The notes: generated by a model from the letters alone, not told the origin. Positions 38,140-50,865 are shown, counted from the first letter of the whole stretch. The stretch: DNA of 53,313 nucleotides, filler included, from Dirinaria sp. TL-2023a (GCA_051941275.1; 4 parts of 4 records of this genome joined end to end with filler, not necessarily neighbours in it); one strand, 5' to 3'. Translations and numbers: made by a program.

Positions 38140-38801
38140 ATGTCTCACTCAACGTCAGTCGCCCCAATACAAATACTTATTCCTCCATCAATCAACCATC
38201 TAGCGGTTTCCCTTACCGATTACCTCCGTGCCCACCCGTCATATGGCAGTGTGGCTGTCGGAGCCTGCATCTTTACACCTTCTAACGACGAGGTGCCAAG
38301 GCCAGATTCGCCGCGTCTCTTACTAGTTCAACGTGCTGCAACCGAGCGTGGCTTCCCCAATCTCTGGGAAGTGCCTGGTGGCGGTGCAGAGGGCACAGAC
38401 CCCACCATCCTCCACTCGGTCGCGCGTGAAGTTTTCGAGGAGACGGGTCTGAAGCTCACCAGATTCGTGTGTGCTGTCGGAGACGGCTGTCAATTTATAA
38501 CAGGAGGAAGCTGCAAATGGAATAAATTGACGTTCGAAATCGAGGTTCAGCAAAACCATTCGACAGATGCGAGTCATGATGGTCTGAGCCTTTTTCTTTT
38601 TACGAACCCTCGTCGCGGTGCTAAGAGAATGCAGGACCCCTTCCCGTCACGCTAGACCCAACCGAACACCAGGCATACAAGTGGGTAACCGAAGAAGATC
38701 TCAGTCAGTGGGGGCCCGGCAAGATCGTCACCGAAGAACAGAGGCAGATCATGCTGCTGGCTTTCCAACAGCACAAGGAAAGAGCTGTGAGGAATACTTG
38801 A
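38140..38801 (+). CDS. Nudix hydrolase, ~202 aa, 2 exons
   Basis: Nudix box WEVPGGGAEGTDPTILHSVAREVFEETGL. Intron 38582-38634 restores the C-terminal VTLDPTEHQAYKWVTEED. Confidence 0.85.
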
Positions 38802-39969
38802 AATGCTGGCATTACCCGCTTGAGAGCGATCTTACCCGAGGACGGCTCTGTAAGGTACAATAAGTCATGCGAAGGCATGGGGACGTGTTATCGCGAGTCG
38901 TCATCAGCCCCATCGTCAAGCTGCAGATCGTTGAGAACGACCTTTCCCAGAGGGCCAGATTGCATTGAAGAGAAAAAAAAAAAAGCTTGTTTGCGTAAGC
39001 AGGTTCTAGACGAATGATGGAATGATGAGCCGCATGAGCCAAATCTATGCCTCGCACGCTACTCCCAATTGCATCTGTGCATATGAGATGTTGATATTAT
39101 CACTGTAGCGCAGTAACCCTCTGGATGGCTTCCACTTCTAGAATCCGACCGACGTTGCACCACTACCAAGGTAGCGGGCGAGTGATTGGGTCCATTCGAA
39201 ACGTTCGAGCCGTTGAACCGCTGTTTGGGGACGCTGTCGGTTAACCGTCAATCGGATAAAATGGACCAAGTATACCTTAGCATCTGACGCTCTTCCTGTA
39301 GCATTGAAGGCATTCCTGATAGCGACGCGAGCAGTCAGTCATCGATGCTGGCTCTTCAAAGCGCTTCCACCATCCTTTTTCCCCATACGCGTCGAGAAAG
39401 GTACAGGAAGAGGGGGGCAGGAGGATCAGGTATTGGGTTGGCTGTCCACAGTGCACAGTGCACAGTGCACAAGTGCACATACATCCCTCTCCAAGGTGGT
39501 CTATCTGCCAGTCGTCTGTACCGACGGGCAGATAGGGTGTGGTGTGGCCCGTGGGGATTGTCAGTGCCCGAAACCTGGGTTTCTCTAGCCTCATCCTGCA
39601 TTCGGCGGTACTGCTAAGGGTTTTGATGGTGCCCACCAACCGAGTCAGAGTGGGCAGTTGGCGAGCTGGGTCTCGATTATTACTCCCTGTATTAATATTT
39701 TCTCTCGAAGCCAAACCGGTGCCCAGACGAAGCCAGTGCTCGTTCGGGCTAAGATCGCTCCCCACTGATGCCCACTGATGCCCCACTGGAACCAACTTGG
39801 GGGGCCAGGTACCAACCGTCCTGTCCTAAGGTAAGTGATGTACTCGTACTACTACTGAGGGTACCTTAGGTAATCCTTCCCCATTACATAGCATAGTGCA
39901 TAAAGGACCTTAAAGTACGAGTACTTGGGTGGTCAGAGAACCGTCCACCCCCTCCCCCCCTCTCTCCCC

Positions 39970-40069
39970 NNNNNNNNNNNNNNNNNNNNNNNNNNNNNNN
40001 NNNNNNNNNNNNNTTAATTAATTAANNNNNNNNNNNNNNNNNNNNNNNNNNNNNNNNNNNNNNNNNNNN
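39970..40069. other. Artificial contig spacer (44 N + TTAATTAATTAA + 44 N)
   Basis: Same linker as the other two. Confidence 0.98.
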
Positions 40070-40477
40070 GTTAAAGATGTTGTGTTTTTGTCTGATCAAA
40101 TTTAAGGTGCTCGAACCGATGTTGTTCCGATCTCATATTTAAACCTGTCTGTATTTAGATTTCCTTTTCTTTTCTTCTTCATAGATAGTGTCCTCGTCTA
40201 TTTGTACCCATATGCCATTGAGTGCTGTGCAGGCCCTGACACATGATCGATCGAGTTCGCGTCGAAGTTCGTGCGAGAAAAAAAACATCAAAACGAGGAT
40301 GACGTTGCATTTAAAATATTCGACGTCGCGACGAAAATGAAATGATCGACGACGACGACAATCGATGCGTCTCGCGCGTCGTTATCGAACGATGCTCATC
40401 ATGATTTATGAAATCTCGCGAAAACACACGTGGGTCTCTCACGGCGTTCGAATTTTTTTTTTTTTTTTTTTTTTTTT
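40070..40477. other. Compositionally distinct contig start joined through a T25 run (possible chimeric or foreign sequence)
   Basis: AT-rich but TCGA/CGAC/CGCG-dense sequence ending in 25 T at 40453-40477, after which fungal-like sequence begins. Confidence 0.45.
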
Positions 40478-40659
40478 GACCAAGTCCCGACCACTCTCCT
40501 CGTCGTCCCCTCCTTAATCCTAACCCTCCATTGGGACTGGTACAAGAATGCACCTCCCAGTCTAATTTACTTCAGCCTCTCAAATCCAAGCACACCGTCA
40601 CTTTTCAGTGACGCTACGCTGCTGACAACGCGCTATTGAAAACTCCAAAGCTACGCGAT

Positions 40660-42489
40660 ATGATGTCCACTCTCGTACAAATATTGTTGTACAGTACTTC
40701 GATATGTATGGAAGTCCTGGACGGGTACAGGAGATCCCTTGTTTACCTTGGAGCGATTTTGATGAGCTTGATGCTATGGCGGCTTTGGAGATTCACACTT
40801 CTACCGTCCTTGAGACCAACAGAGCCAAAAGAGTTACCTTACTGGATCCCCTGTAGGTAGTAGCTGGAGTCAAGTGCAAATATCTTGCTAATGTGCTACC
40901 AAGTCCTCGGTATACCCATCGTTCTTCCCTCCTAGCGATTGACTGACATAATGTCAAATCAACAGGTCATGTACGAGCCTTTTTCAAGGATTCACAAGCG
41001 CTACTTACATATGGACGGTACGTGCGATCAACTTGATGCTGCATCGCGGGCTGATACATGAGACATAGCAAGTACTTCGGAGAAACGCGAGAACCCTTCT
41101 CAATCACTGTCGCAGGCCAGCAGCTTTACATCATTACAGCGCCTCGAGACATGGCATCCGTTTATAGGAATAGTTCCAGCCTGAGTTTCGATAGCTTTGT
41201 GCATGATCTCGATGCCGCCTTTGGAATGTCTACCGGGGGACTTGGAATACTTTTCGATACGTCCTCGGGGAAATGTCTTTCAAGGCAAACAGATAGTATA
41301 TACGGAGCGCAGTTACATCCTGAGCAGTTCTTGAAGGATCTGACAATGCGGTTCGTGAAGAGGATCCAAGAGAGACTCGCAGGGAATCAAGCTACTACTA
41401 CAGCAGAGAGAACTGTATCTCTTTTTGACTGGTGTACAGATGTCCTCGTCCCCGCGGCCTCGGAAGGCTTCTTTGGGCCTGCAATCCTTGAGCTCAATCC
41501 TAATTTCGTTGAAGACTTTCTCCGCTTCGACGAAAACAGCTGGATTCTCACATATCGATATCCTCGCTTCTTGGCTCACAAATTCTACCAGTCGCTAGAC
41601 AGGAACACGGTCGCTTTCATGCGCTATCTTAAGGTTCCAAATACAGAGCGCCGCAGCGCTTGCTACCATGTCCATACCACGGAGGCCAAATTACGACAAG
41701 CTGGTCTAGTGGACCGCGACATTGCCATCGTCCTACAAATGTTTCACTGGGTGTTAGTTATAACCATGTTTCCCACTTTCCATTACTTTTCCCGCCCCCG
41801 AGCTTACAGAAGGGCTCATGATTGCTGACCTCTTGCTCCAATATCATAGGACTAATGCCAACGCGTATAAAGTCCCTTTTTGGCTCCTTGCTTATCTCTT
41901 GCACTCACCAGTGACTCTGGACACTATTCGCACCGAAGTCGCTAGATGCATTGACAATCAGCACGTCGCGATCGATGCGTTACTGCAGTCTTTTCCGTTG
42001 CTCAACGCATCTTTCACCGAGACTCTTCGTCTCGTCACTGCTGCTTCCTCCGCCCGTACTGTTCTGTCCCCAACAGAGATCGGCGGTAAGGTTCTACAAG
42101 AGGGTAAGAAGCTCCTCCTTCCCTACCGCCAACTTCACTTTCAGGAGTCTACTTTTGGACCCTTGTCGGTGGACGAATTCCATCCTGAACGCTTTGTGGC
42201 CAAAGAAGATCTGGACAAAGGTATGAATTTCAAACCGTTCGGTGGCGGAGTCACGTATTGCTCTGGGCGATTTCTTGCGAGGCGAGAAGTGTTGGCTTTT
42301 GTGGCTTTGGTCATTCGCAAATACGATCTTGAGATTGTAAGAGAGGAAGGAGGGAAAGGAGGTGTACCACGACAAGATCAGCAGAAGCCCACGCTAGGAG
42401 TTCTAGAATCTGTCAAGGGGGATCATCTTTTTGTTCGCCTGAAGCAGAGAACAGACTTGAAGTTAGGTAGTCTCAAGAAATTCGTGTGA
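40660..42489 (+). CDS. Cytochrome P450 of the CYP7/CYP8-like fungal group, ~524 aa, 5 exons
   Basis: Exons 40660-40852, 40904-40909, 40966-41017, 41069-41752, 41850-42489. Motifs PKELPYWIPFLGH, REPFSIT, I-helix WVTNANAYKVPFW, ETLR, FHPERF, heme motif PFGGGVTYCSG. The start may be the Met at 40708. Confidence 0.9.
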
Positions 42490-43685
42490 TACAATCAACA
42501 CGCGAATTACTTATCATCTTCAACATTCATATACCTGACGTCGATGAATTTTGAGAGGTAAGCGGGTTTTATAAGTCTCTAATGCTGTGGAAAAATGTTT
42601 AATCGTGAGGTTCTTTTGTAGACACAATGATTGTTGACACTTCAGTGCTGAGCGTCTTCCAACAATAGCGATCAGACTTTCTATTTTCAAATTTCCTAAG
42701 CAGTTCCTACGTCCTTTGATCAATATACTTTTGAGTACTCTTTCCATGACACGGCTGATCTTCGCGATTGGCTTTGTCTCCTTGTAAGGTACTTTCTATT
42801 ACAGCAATTCGATTCCCAAGTTTAGTACTACCTGAACCCTTCTAGGAGAAGATCTATCAGACCCAACGCGCTACTACTGGACGAACTTTTGAAGTTCTCG
42901 AGCACGAATGCGCTTTCTTTTAGCATAGCAGGAAAGAGTAAAGCGACTTCCACGCTCATGTCAGCATTATTCTGCCATGTTCAATGTACATGTACTCACA
43001 GCGATTCGAAATCTTATTTCGACCCAAAGCGAGGGTGGAAAATGTATCGTACATGAATAATAACGTCTGACTCCGATGAGTGAAATACTTTAAAAAGCGA
43101 CAACGAAAAGACGTTTGAAGTCGACTTGACTCTATATCACGTGTATAGTTTCTCTGATACTAACCTCTCTCTCTGTGGAGTGGAAATGATAATCAAAACA
43201 CTACGACAATCAATTTGTGATGCTCTCTATGTGTAGTTGTCCTGCCAGCTTATGCTGTACCGTGATCGAGCTGCAACTTCCTTATTCTTTCACAAACTTT
43301 CTAAGCTTGTGGATCATTAGCAGGAAAATCCACTCACGATTTCAAGAGTCGTCAGCAACGACAGAGAATCGGCTCTTACTCTTGTCGATTTCTCAAGTCG
43401 ATCTTTCAGCCACTAGAAATCAACAGCGGATTTCAAATTATGTGAACACCTTGCACTTGACAGGCATTGAGGATATACCCCGACTTCTTATTAGATCAGA
43501 GTACTTCCGACCGATGGCTATAAGTCGAGATTAATTTTGATATATTGATTCGCAATCACTTCTCAAGAAATGGTTCTCATACAATGACATTTAAGATTAT
43601 TAATGCTTTTACTATTTTAGTCATGACTGTCAAAAAGTAACGCTATTAGTCACAGTCATTCGACTTGAATAGTGCAAGTCCGTCT

Positions 43686-46323
43686 TTACGAATCCGCCGC
43701 TGCGCCAAAATCTAGCTGGACGCCGAGATGTTGTTCGAGCATCTTTGTCTCAATAGCACCGGCGCCAGTCACGATCATAACCTCAACTACTTCAGCCGCA
43801 GTCATCAACAGCTGGCTGGATACTTCAACTCCACTCCGTCTAGGTAGGAGCACGCCGGCGATGCGCGAGATCGCTGTTGCCGCCATGAAGATGTAGCCGA
43901 CTACGAATGGCAATTGGTCTTCTCGTTCGAGGTAGCCCGGACCGTATGTTTTCAGCAGTCTTGGTTTACACGAGTCATTGACTGAGCGAAGAAGCCTCCA
44001 GCAAAATCGATGCAGACGGAGATAGTTAATGCTCATCTCTATCGTCTCGGCATGAAGAGCGTTCACAAGGTCGAGGAGGAAATCCGTGGTTTTGATCGAC
44101 GTGTTGTCACGTTCGGGTCTTTTAAAGAGCGCGCCGGACGACGAAGTCTTGGTTTTCTTAGCTTGACCTGCACCGTTGCCCTTGGTAGCTAATGTGGTCT
44201 CATGATCCCCCTCCTCGTCGCTTTCATCGACTTTGGACTCGATGACTCGCTCTATTTGCTCGCGGGTCCACGATACCGCCGGCTCGTTGTTGCAAAATCT
44301 CCCAGCAAAAAGCTTCCCAACAGCACAGAGCTCTTTCAGACTCCTAGGCGCCTTTGAGGATGCGATGTTTGCGTTAGGTCTGCGGTTGCTAGCGAAGAAT
44401 GTCGCGGAGTATCCAAGACTCAGCAAGAACCTCTTCAAATATTCTTCCAGACCTCTTGGCGCATCACCTACAAAAAAGTTTTCGTGTCCGTGCAATGATA
44501 TGACGAGCTCCATATCAGTCCAGCTTTTAGATAACAGCTTCTCTTTAAGCACAGCGTTGTAGAGCTGAGCTGCGTACATCACCGATCCCCAAGCGTTCAC
44601 GAACGTAATTCCGATTTCTTGAAAGCGCATTTTAAGTGCGAACATGAACAGACCACAGATCACCGGATACTGTCGAAGGAGCTGGAAAGGCTCACCAGCA
44701 GGAATCTCCGCTTGGCGTCGGACCTGCATTACAAAATTCTATGAGTATGAGATCGAAGGCTCGTACAATGCTAGAAATCACCTTTTTCCGCTTGTCCGCA
44801 ACGACATCCTGTCCGACCCACTCGGTCATGACCCGTAACATTTCTGTGAGCTGCAAATCATTAGACTTAGGCCAGTTAGCTATACGTAAGGTTTTATGAA
44901 ATTCCAAGTTCGCTTCAATGGAAGCCCTGATATTGTTGGCATTTCTTCTTAGCTGATCGTGGCCCTGACTGACAGCTCCTTTCAGTTCATGTTGAGCATC
45001 CAGAAAGCACTGAGCGGCGAAGACTAGCCACAGGGGTATGTCTTTGCCGGGCGCCATTTTGCGGATACCACGCATGAGCTCGTCTTCAGCCAATGGGTAC
45101 TTTGACGTTATCATCGACAGCAGTACCAAGTCTGAAAAAGCTTCGAACATAACGAGCCGGTCGTCTTGAACCTTTTCTCTCGGAGACTTTTGCGTCCAGT
45201 GGGTTCGCATGTCACGAAATCCACAATAGCCAGGCTTGTATTGAGGAACGGATCCGGATCGAATGACGTCCTGTAAGCTAGAAAGAACGCTGTATGTAGG
45301 CATCATTATATCCTCTAGCAATTCGTAGGCATCTAGATTGAAAAGATCATCAGGTTGCTGCTTATGTCCGAGATCGTGTCCGCGATGAAGACATTGGGCA
45401 AGGTAGAATATCTTGACTATGAATTGGTAATCAGTCTTGGCCGGAAAACGACTGGTCAGATCTTCTTCCAGTGTTCGCACAAAGTCAATAGCTGTATTGA
45501 CAGTTATCGCAACTGCAGCAAGGTCGATTCCTTCTTGATAGGCGGTCCACAATCCACAGAGGAATCTTCGAATGTCTCTCACGTCCTGAAGAAGACAACG
45601 AGAAGCCAAATACTCTTCTTCTAGTGTCTGTAAAGTCTCAACCTCGTATTGAGATTGTGGTTTCCCTGCGGTCTGGGCAGCGGGCTCCACGTCCGGAGCA
45701 TCTATGAACTCTTGGGACGGCTCATGAACATCGAGTTTGCTGAACATGTTGTCAATCACTGTCGAAGATTCGGTTTCGGCGCTGTCATGAGCTGGCTTTG
45801 TGAGTCGATCGTCCACTGTCTCAGTAGGACAACGGGGCTTGAGTATCTCCCAGATCCTCTCCAGCACGCCAAGAAAATATGCGTGGGGTTCGTCTGGGGC
45901 ATCGGATGCTTCAACCTGTGAGCCATGCTGCTTACGAAGCTCTATTGCCCGATCCAAGACCTTGACTAAACTCGCAGGAACTCTGATGTAGGGTTCCGAG
46001 GTACCCACGATGTAGGAGGCCAACTCGACGAAATCTTTGACCTTAATGATGTAGGTTGGGGTCTCCGGTGCGCTGGCATTTCTTTGCACAGTCTTCGATG
46101 ATGAAGCCGCTTCTGCTTTAGCGGCTTCCCGGGCTTCCTTTCGCGCTCTGCCTTTCAATCTTGTGGAGGCTTTGGTAGTTTTGGAGGAGCTGCTGGAGTC
46201 AACATGATCCAGGAGATCGGCGGAGTAGCCACATTTTTTCGCCTTGGTTGCGAGCCATGTGGCGATAGTATTGGTGTCTTCTTTGTACGCTTTGTATTTT
46301 GACTGCAGCACTGAAGGCAACAT
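43686..46323 (-). CDS. DUF6604-like fungal protein, ~859 aa, 2 exons
   Basis: Exons 46323-44782 and 44723-43686. N-terminal YKAYKEDTNTIATWL, RAIELRK, HAYFLGVLE and TVNTAID motifs typical of this family; C-terminal PVICGL, AQLYNA, WTDM. Confidence 0.75.
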
Positions 46324-47163
46324 GATAGAGAATCCAAGAATCTTTTGACCGAGGCCAAAAGTGGATCTTACGATTGATCCGGCCTTTAACTACTGGAGCA
46401 GTTTTTAAGAGATCTGGACAGGCGAGCTCCTTGATTTTGAAAACGCTCAACAGATAGAGCAGAGATCAACACTTTTCCATTCGCTCTTATTGCAAGTTTG
46501 TGTTGAGTGGGGATCCGTCTAGCGTCCGCATCATTCCGTCTTGGCATTAATATTCCATCAGGGAGAAGTAAGGGGCTCGACGCCAGAAGGTAAAACCATT
46601 ACCTTAGGCAAGTTCTAGCTAGTGGCTAGGGAGGTCCGTGCCACCAATGAATCAACTAAAAGTCGCCCGGCCGATCACCTAAACTTATCACCTGAACAAG
46701 CCAGAAAGCTAATTGAATAGTAGTAATATCTATACTCGCCAAGGCGTAAATGTGGTCACCGACATAACCTAGACCTATTGAACATGGCGTCTGATTTAGG
46801 TTGAATATATGACTGATTATTGAACCATGACGTTTCATTATTGACCAGTCCATCGTCATTTCATTATCAGTTGGCTTCTCAGTTAATCTAGTTCGTAATG
46901 TAGGTTCTCGTACCTGGATCGAGGAATATACTTAATCTAAGACGTATAATCTTTAAGTAATATGTAGAGTCGACCGCTAAGGACATCTCTTGGCCCAACA
47001 CAAGATTACCCAGTCGAGTTATTCGCAAGAAATCACCCTCAACTTGAATTCCTTTCATATATTCATTCACGGCGAGCACCAAGCGTTTGATGCGCGGTGA
47101 TTCCGGTAATGTTTTCATTCGAAAGTCGTCTCTTATTCGTGTTACGCTTATGGGATTTTTTTG

Positions 47164-48700
47164 TTATCTCTCCTTGAGGCGTACACTCATTCTCTGCTTT
47201 CTTAGATCTTCGCTGACGTTTCGCTTTTGGTACATCAGCTTCTTGGAAAGCGGCGGCAGCCTCAAAGAGTGGTGCCTCGGGACGGGCCTGGCTGGATTCT
47301 GGTAGGGAAAGCGCATAAACTTCTGCACTTGGGCCGCTGAGGATGGGTTCGATTGTTCAGACTCATTCTGAGCGCGCAGTCTGAACTCCGCAGCATCAGC
47401 AAACTTGGTCCTCATTCTATAAGCGAGGTCTCGGAGGTTTCTGAATGCCGTAACCCCAGCGCGGAAGTCCTTAGCTGAGTTATCAACCATCCCTCCCCCA
47501 ATCGGGCACATATGGTAATGCAGTGCGGTATTCGGTCCATCTGGCTGCGTGACAAAGTGCGCATACAGCTTGACCCCACCGCTTGCATATGTTGCGCTGA
47601 AAGTATAAGCTTTGCCGTCGAGCTCATTCCCCGCACCATTAGCTCGAGTGTGATATATGCCGCGGGCTTCGAATGCCCCATCATACAAAGCTTGTCGCAT
47701 AGCAATCTCCTAACTCCCTTTTGGGGCTTTTGCTTCCGAGAAGAAATTAGGTAGAAAGGGTGCATTATGAGCGGGTACAATTAATCTCTCAAGGCGCTGA
47801 CAAAGCAAAATGCTGTTCGAGCCGACACTGAGCCCGTCATAAAAGTCCGATTGTGGAGTAACAATCTCAACGTCAGTTACGAGCGGGGTCCAATTGACGC
47901 ACAACTTTTTAATGATGAAAGGATATGTTGAATTACCTAGAATGCAAGGGAAGACAGCACTCATTACCGTGTGCTCGTTCCGAGCGTTCTCATCGGCGTC
48001 CAAGAATCGGTCAAAGTCTTACTCAGTAAAATTGGAGCGATTTAGGGAGGGTCGTGGCTGCTCCAACAGACTAATTAACTCCTCATAATTTCTTGGCCTT
48101 GATGTGCGATGCGGAGGGTGAATGTTTCTTGCACTAAGAATGTTCAAAAAGTTATCGTCGTATGCGCTGGTCTTCCCAGTCTTCTTAGTTCTTTCCGTTT
48201 TTTCTTTAGTGGTTCCTTTCGTGGCTCGAGCTTCCTGCCCCGTTGTCCTTCGGTGGTGGAGGGGAAATAGCAGAGTTTTGAGCCAGAGCTTGTCATGAGG
48301 GTTCCATGGTAGAGGCAGGCTCTGGAAGTTGCCTAAGGCTAGGAAGATCGAGGTCACCAATCCGAGCGAAACGTTTGAGATTCGCTGAGATTTCTGTACG
48401 ACGTGATGACAAATTCAAGGATTGATTTTCTGCTGCAATGACTACTGCAGATGTAGCTGAATCTACTGCTAGTGCGTTCCTTCGATCCAGCTCTTGCAAG
48501 ACATGCTTGGTGGGTCCGATATGAGAGAGTGCGTCATAAATGCTCGGATCATTGCGAGTCGCAGACAGCCAAATGGGGGCTGGAGTAGGAGGGATTCTCT
48601 CAAGGGCATTTTCCAGATTTATATTCGCGCTGCGTTTACGTTTTCGAGGGTTCGAGACACTCTTGAACGTAGATTCCACGGAAGTATTGGCATGGATCAT
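47164..48700 (-). pseudogene. Disrupted member of a fungal expanded family with a PD-(D/E)xK-like core (DUF7924-like, tentative)
   Basis: Family motifs LQELDRR, RFARIGDLDLPSLR, SAYDDNF, SDFYDG, LPNFFSEAK, RQALYDGA, TAFRNLRDLA are spread over four ORFs. Stops at 48295-48293 (TGA), 48021-48019 (TAA) and 47712-47710 (TAG), plus a frameshift near 48290-48200. Confidence 0.72.
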
Positions 48701-49569
48701 TTGACAAGATTCGCGTCGAGCGAACGTTTCGCATTGCGATTCTCAGATCAAACGGATTGGTTGCAGCTTCTCAAGCTCTAGCCACTCGACTTCGGGAGGC
48801 TGCAGCGCAAGGAAGTGTCAAGACGTTGTGCTATCGCAAGACAGAAAACTATTCGACTAATGCAGATCGAAGCCAACGCATCAGATCCCTTAAGAGAAGA
48901 TTCATGCTTCATGAAAATTTTGAAGTGTTTCAAAATGAATCAATCGGTCTATCGAGGAGTCAAGAATTGATCGACGATTTTTCTTGGCGGGATTACGTCG
49001 GCGCTTAAATTTCTTGGCGCAGACATTTGGCCGAGATTTTACCTGTGGACCTATCAGGGTTGAGCGAAAGAACGAGAATCACAGGCTGCGCATTGTCAGA
49101 TATCGAGAAAACAACTGAATCACAAAAGAAGACACCAGATACATTAACAATCGTCTCCTCTCAGCGAAGTCGTCGACGTCTTCGCTATCGTCGTTGCTTT
49201 CCAGCCAACATCCATGGGCCTTGGACGGAAGGATCTGGGTCCTACCAGCCTTGCTCGGCTTCGTATGGCTGAAAATATAGCTTTACTGCTCCGCAGGAGA
49301 GGTGTGGTACCCCCACAGCTCTCCCTATGACGAGAATTTGGAGGCTATGGTCCAAGTAACGAGAGCCTCGTGTTCACAGCTTAATCTATGTTGGCTGTAT
49401 ATAGACCCTCTAATTATATCTTCTGCGGCGATTTGTATATTTATGGGACTGGCCTAGGCGTAGTGCTTAGTGCGACCAGGTTAATAATCGGTGCGAGCTC
49501 GATATGGTTCCGTCATTTCCAATATCCCAAAAGCGCATCAGAGCAAGCACGACTATTTCTCCTCCTACT

Positions 49570-50865
49570 CTAATAGTTGATCCATACCCTCAATCCATGG
49601 GCCATTGCACTACCTGAAAAAAAGAGAATCAGCCATGCTTATCTCGCTTCAACGACACTTAAACTCACCGACATTCTTGGCAGTTCCAAGTTTGCCTTGT
49701 CTCACGCACATCTCACTGACTGCAACGCCCGCTGCCCATAGATCGTACCACGACGCGCTGTCAACGAACCCAGTTCCGGCGCTGACATCGACGTTTATCC
49801 TACAGTGTTTAGGGGTGGGAATTGCTGATCACGTCATCTTAAGACATGATCATCTAAAATAGCGAGAATCCTTGCTTAAGGAGAGTAGAGGGGCAGGGGA
49901 TTGAACTTCTGATCCTTTCAGCCGTCGGGCTAACGCCATTATCTGGTCAAAAGTGTTTGCAGGGAAACTGCAGAGGAGCGTTGACAAGAAAAGGAACCTA
50001 CGATCGACAATACTCCAGGGAATCTTGACGTAATCCTCGGATATCTCTTCTCTACTGAAGAATTCGATGCCTCTAGACGCGGGCATAATCTGTACTGTTC
50101 GGAAGCAAGAGTCTCTGCTCGGCACGTAACGTGCTGCGGGATAACACTCAACACTTCGCATATAGCGCTTCACTATGACGAGCAAATTCCCTTCTGGTGC
50201 TATCCAGAGTACCTAGGTTAGCATTTGACACGGTCTGTAGGTACTTCAACTTTGAAACTCACTGAAGTTGCTGACTTGGCCACCAGAATGGTAGCTATGA
50301 GGCGATGGTGAGAGGCATGTATCGATGATCGCCCTTGCAAGCAGGGAAATCGTTAGCTCATTGGTGATGTCACCGGGCGACCCGGGATTGACGTCGATAT
50401 CGATGGCACATGATCCGTCGTCTAAATACTGTTGTCAACGATCATCCTCAAGCCTACACAGGTCTAGGCTATCGTAACGTCAAGCGGGCAGGAAGCGAAG
50501 GAAATTCTAGAAACTAGAAATCCTCTCGAGTGTTTCTCCAAGGTGTGTAAATGTGAGACGAATCGAAACTCACCACTCAGGTGACGAAAAGGTAGTGGAA
50601 TTCCGTGAATATGCTCAGATCGCTCGCGGAATGTCATTGGCAGAACTCCTCTCGATATCTTTGACCAGGCGTTAATGCAGCTGCCATCCGTGAAATCGAC
50701 ACCAAAGGCAGCGCTACATTCGAGCTTAGCTTCTCGCAGCCATGTGTACGAGGTCGAATCCAACGAGGCATTGGTAATGACGGTGTTGGTTGGTAGAGTA
50801 AGCGCTGACGCTTGGGATACGAGCAGCGAAAATAAACTTGACAGGACGAAAAACGAGAAATCCAT
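49570..50865 (-). CDS. Secreted cysteine-rich protein with two internal repeats (KP4/Ecp2-like fold candidate), at least 5 exons
   Basis: Signal peptide MDFSFFVLSSLFSLLVSQASA. Exons 50865-50574, 50421-50263, 50199-50002, about 49824-49668, 49613-49570. Spliced product contains LPFRHLSDDGSCAIDID...ARAIIDTC...GG and KIPW...CRINVD...DSASWYDLWAAGVAVSEMCVRQG. Splicing between 50001 and 49825 is uncertain. Confidence 0.7.

Noticed and set aside
800..42489. One large biosynthetic cluster joining the PKS, both P450s and the DUF1749 hydrolase (as release enzyme)
   Set aside because: The genes lie on different contigs separated by artificial spacers, and the DUF1749 gene sits among housekeeping genes.
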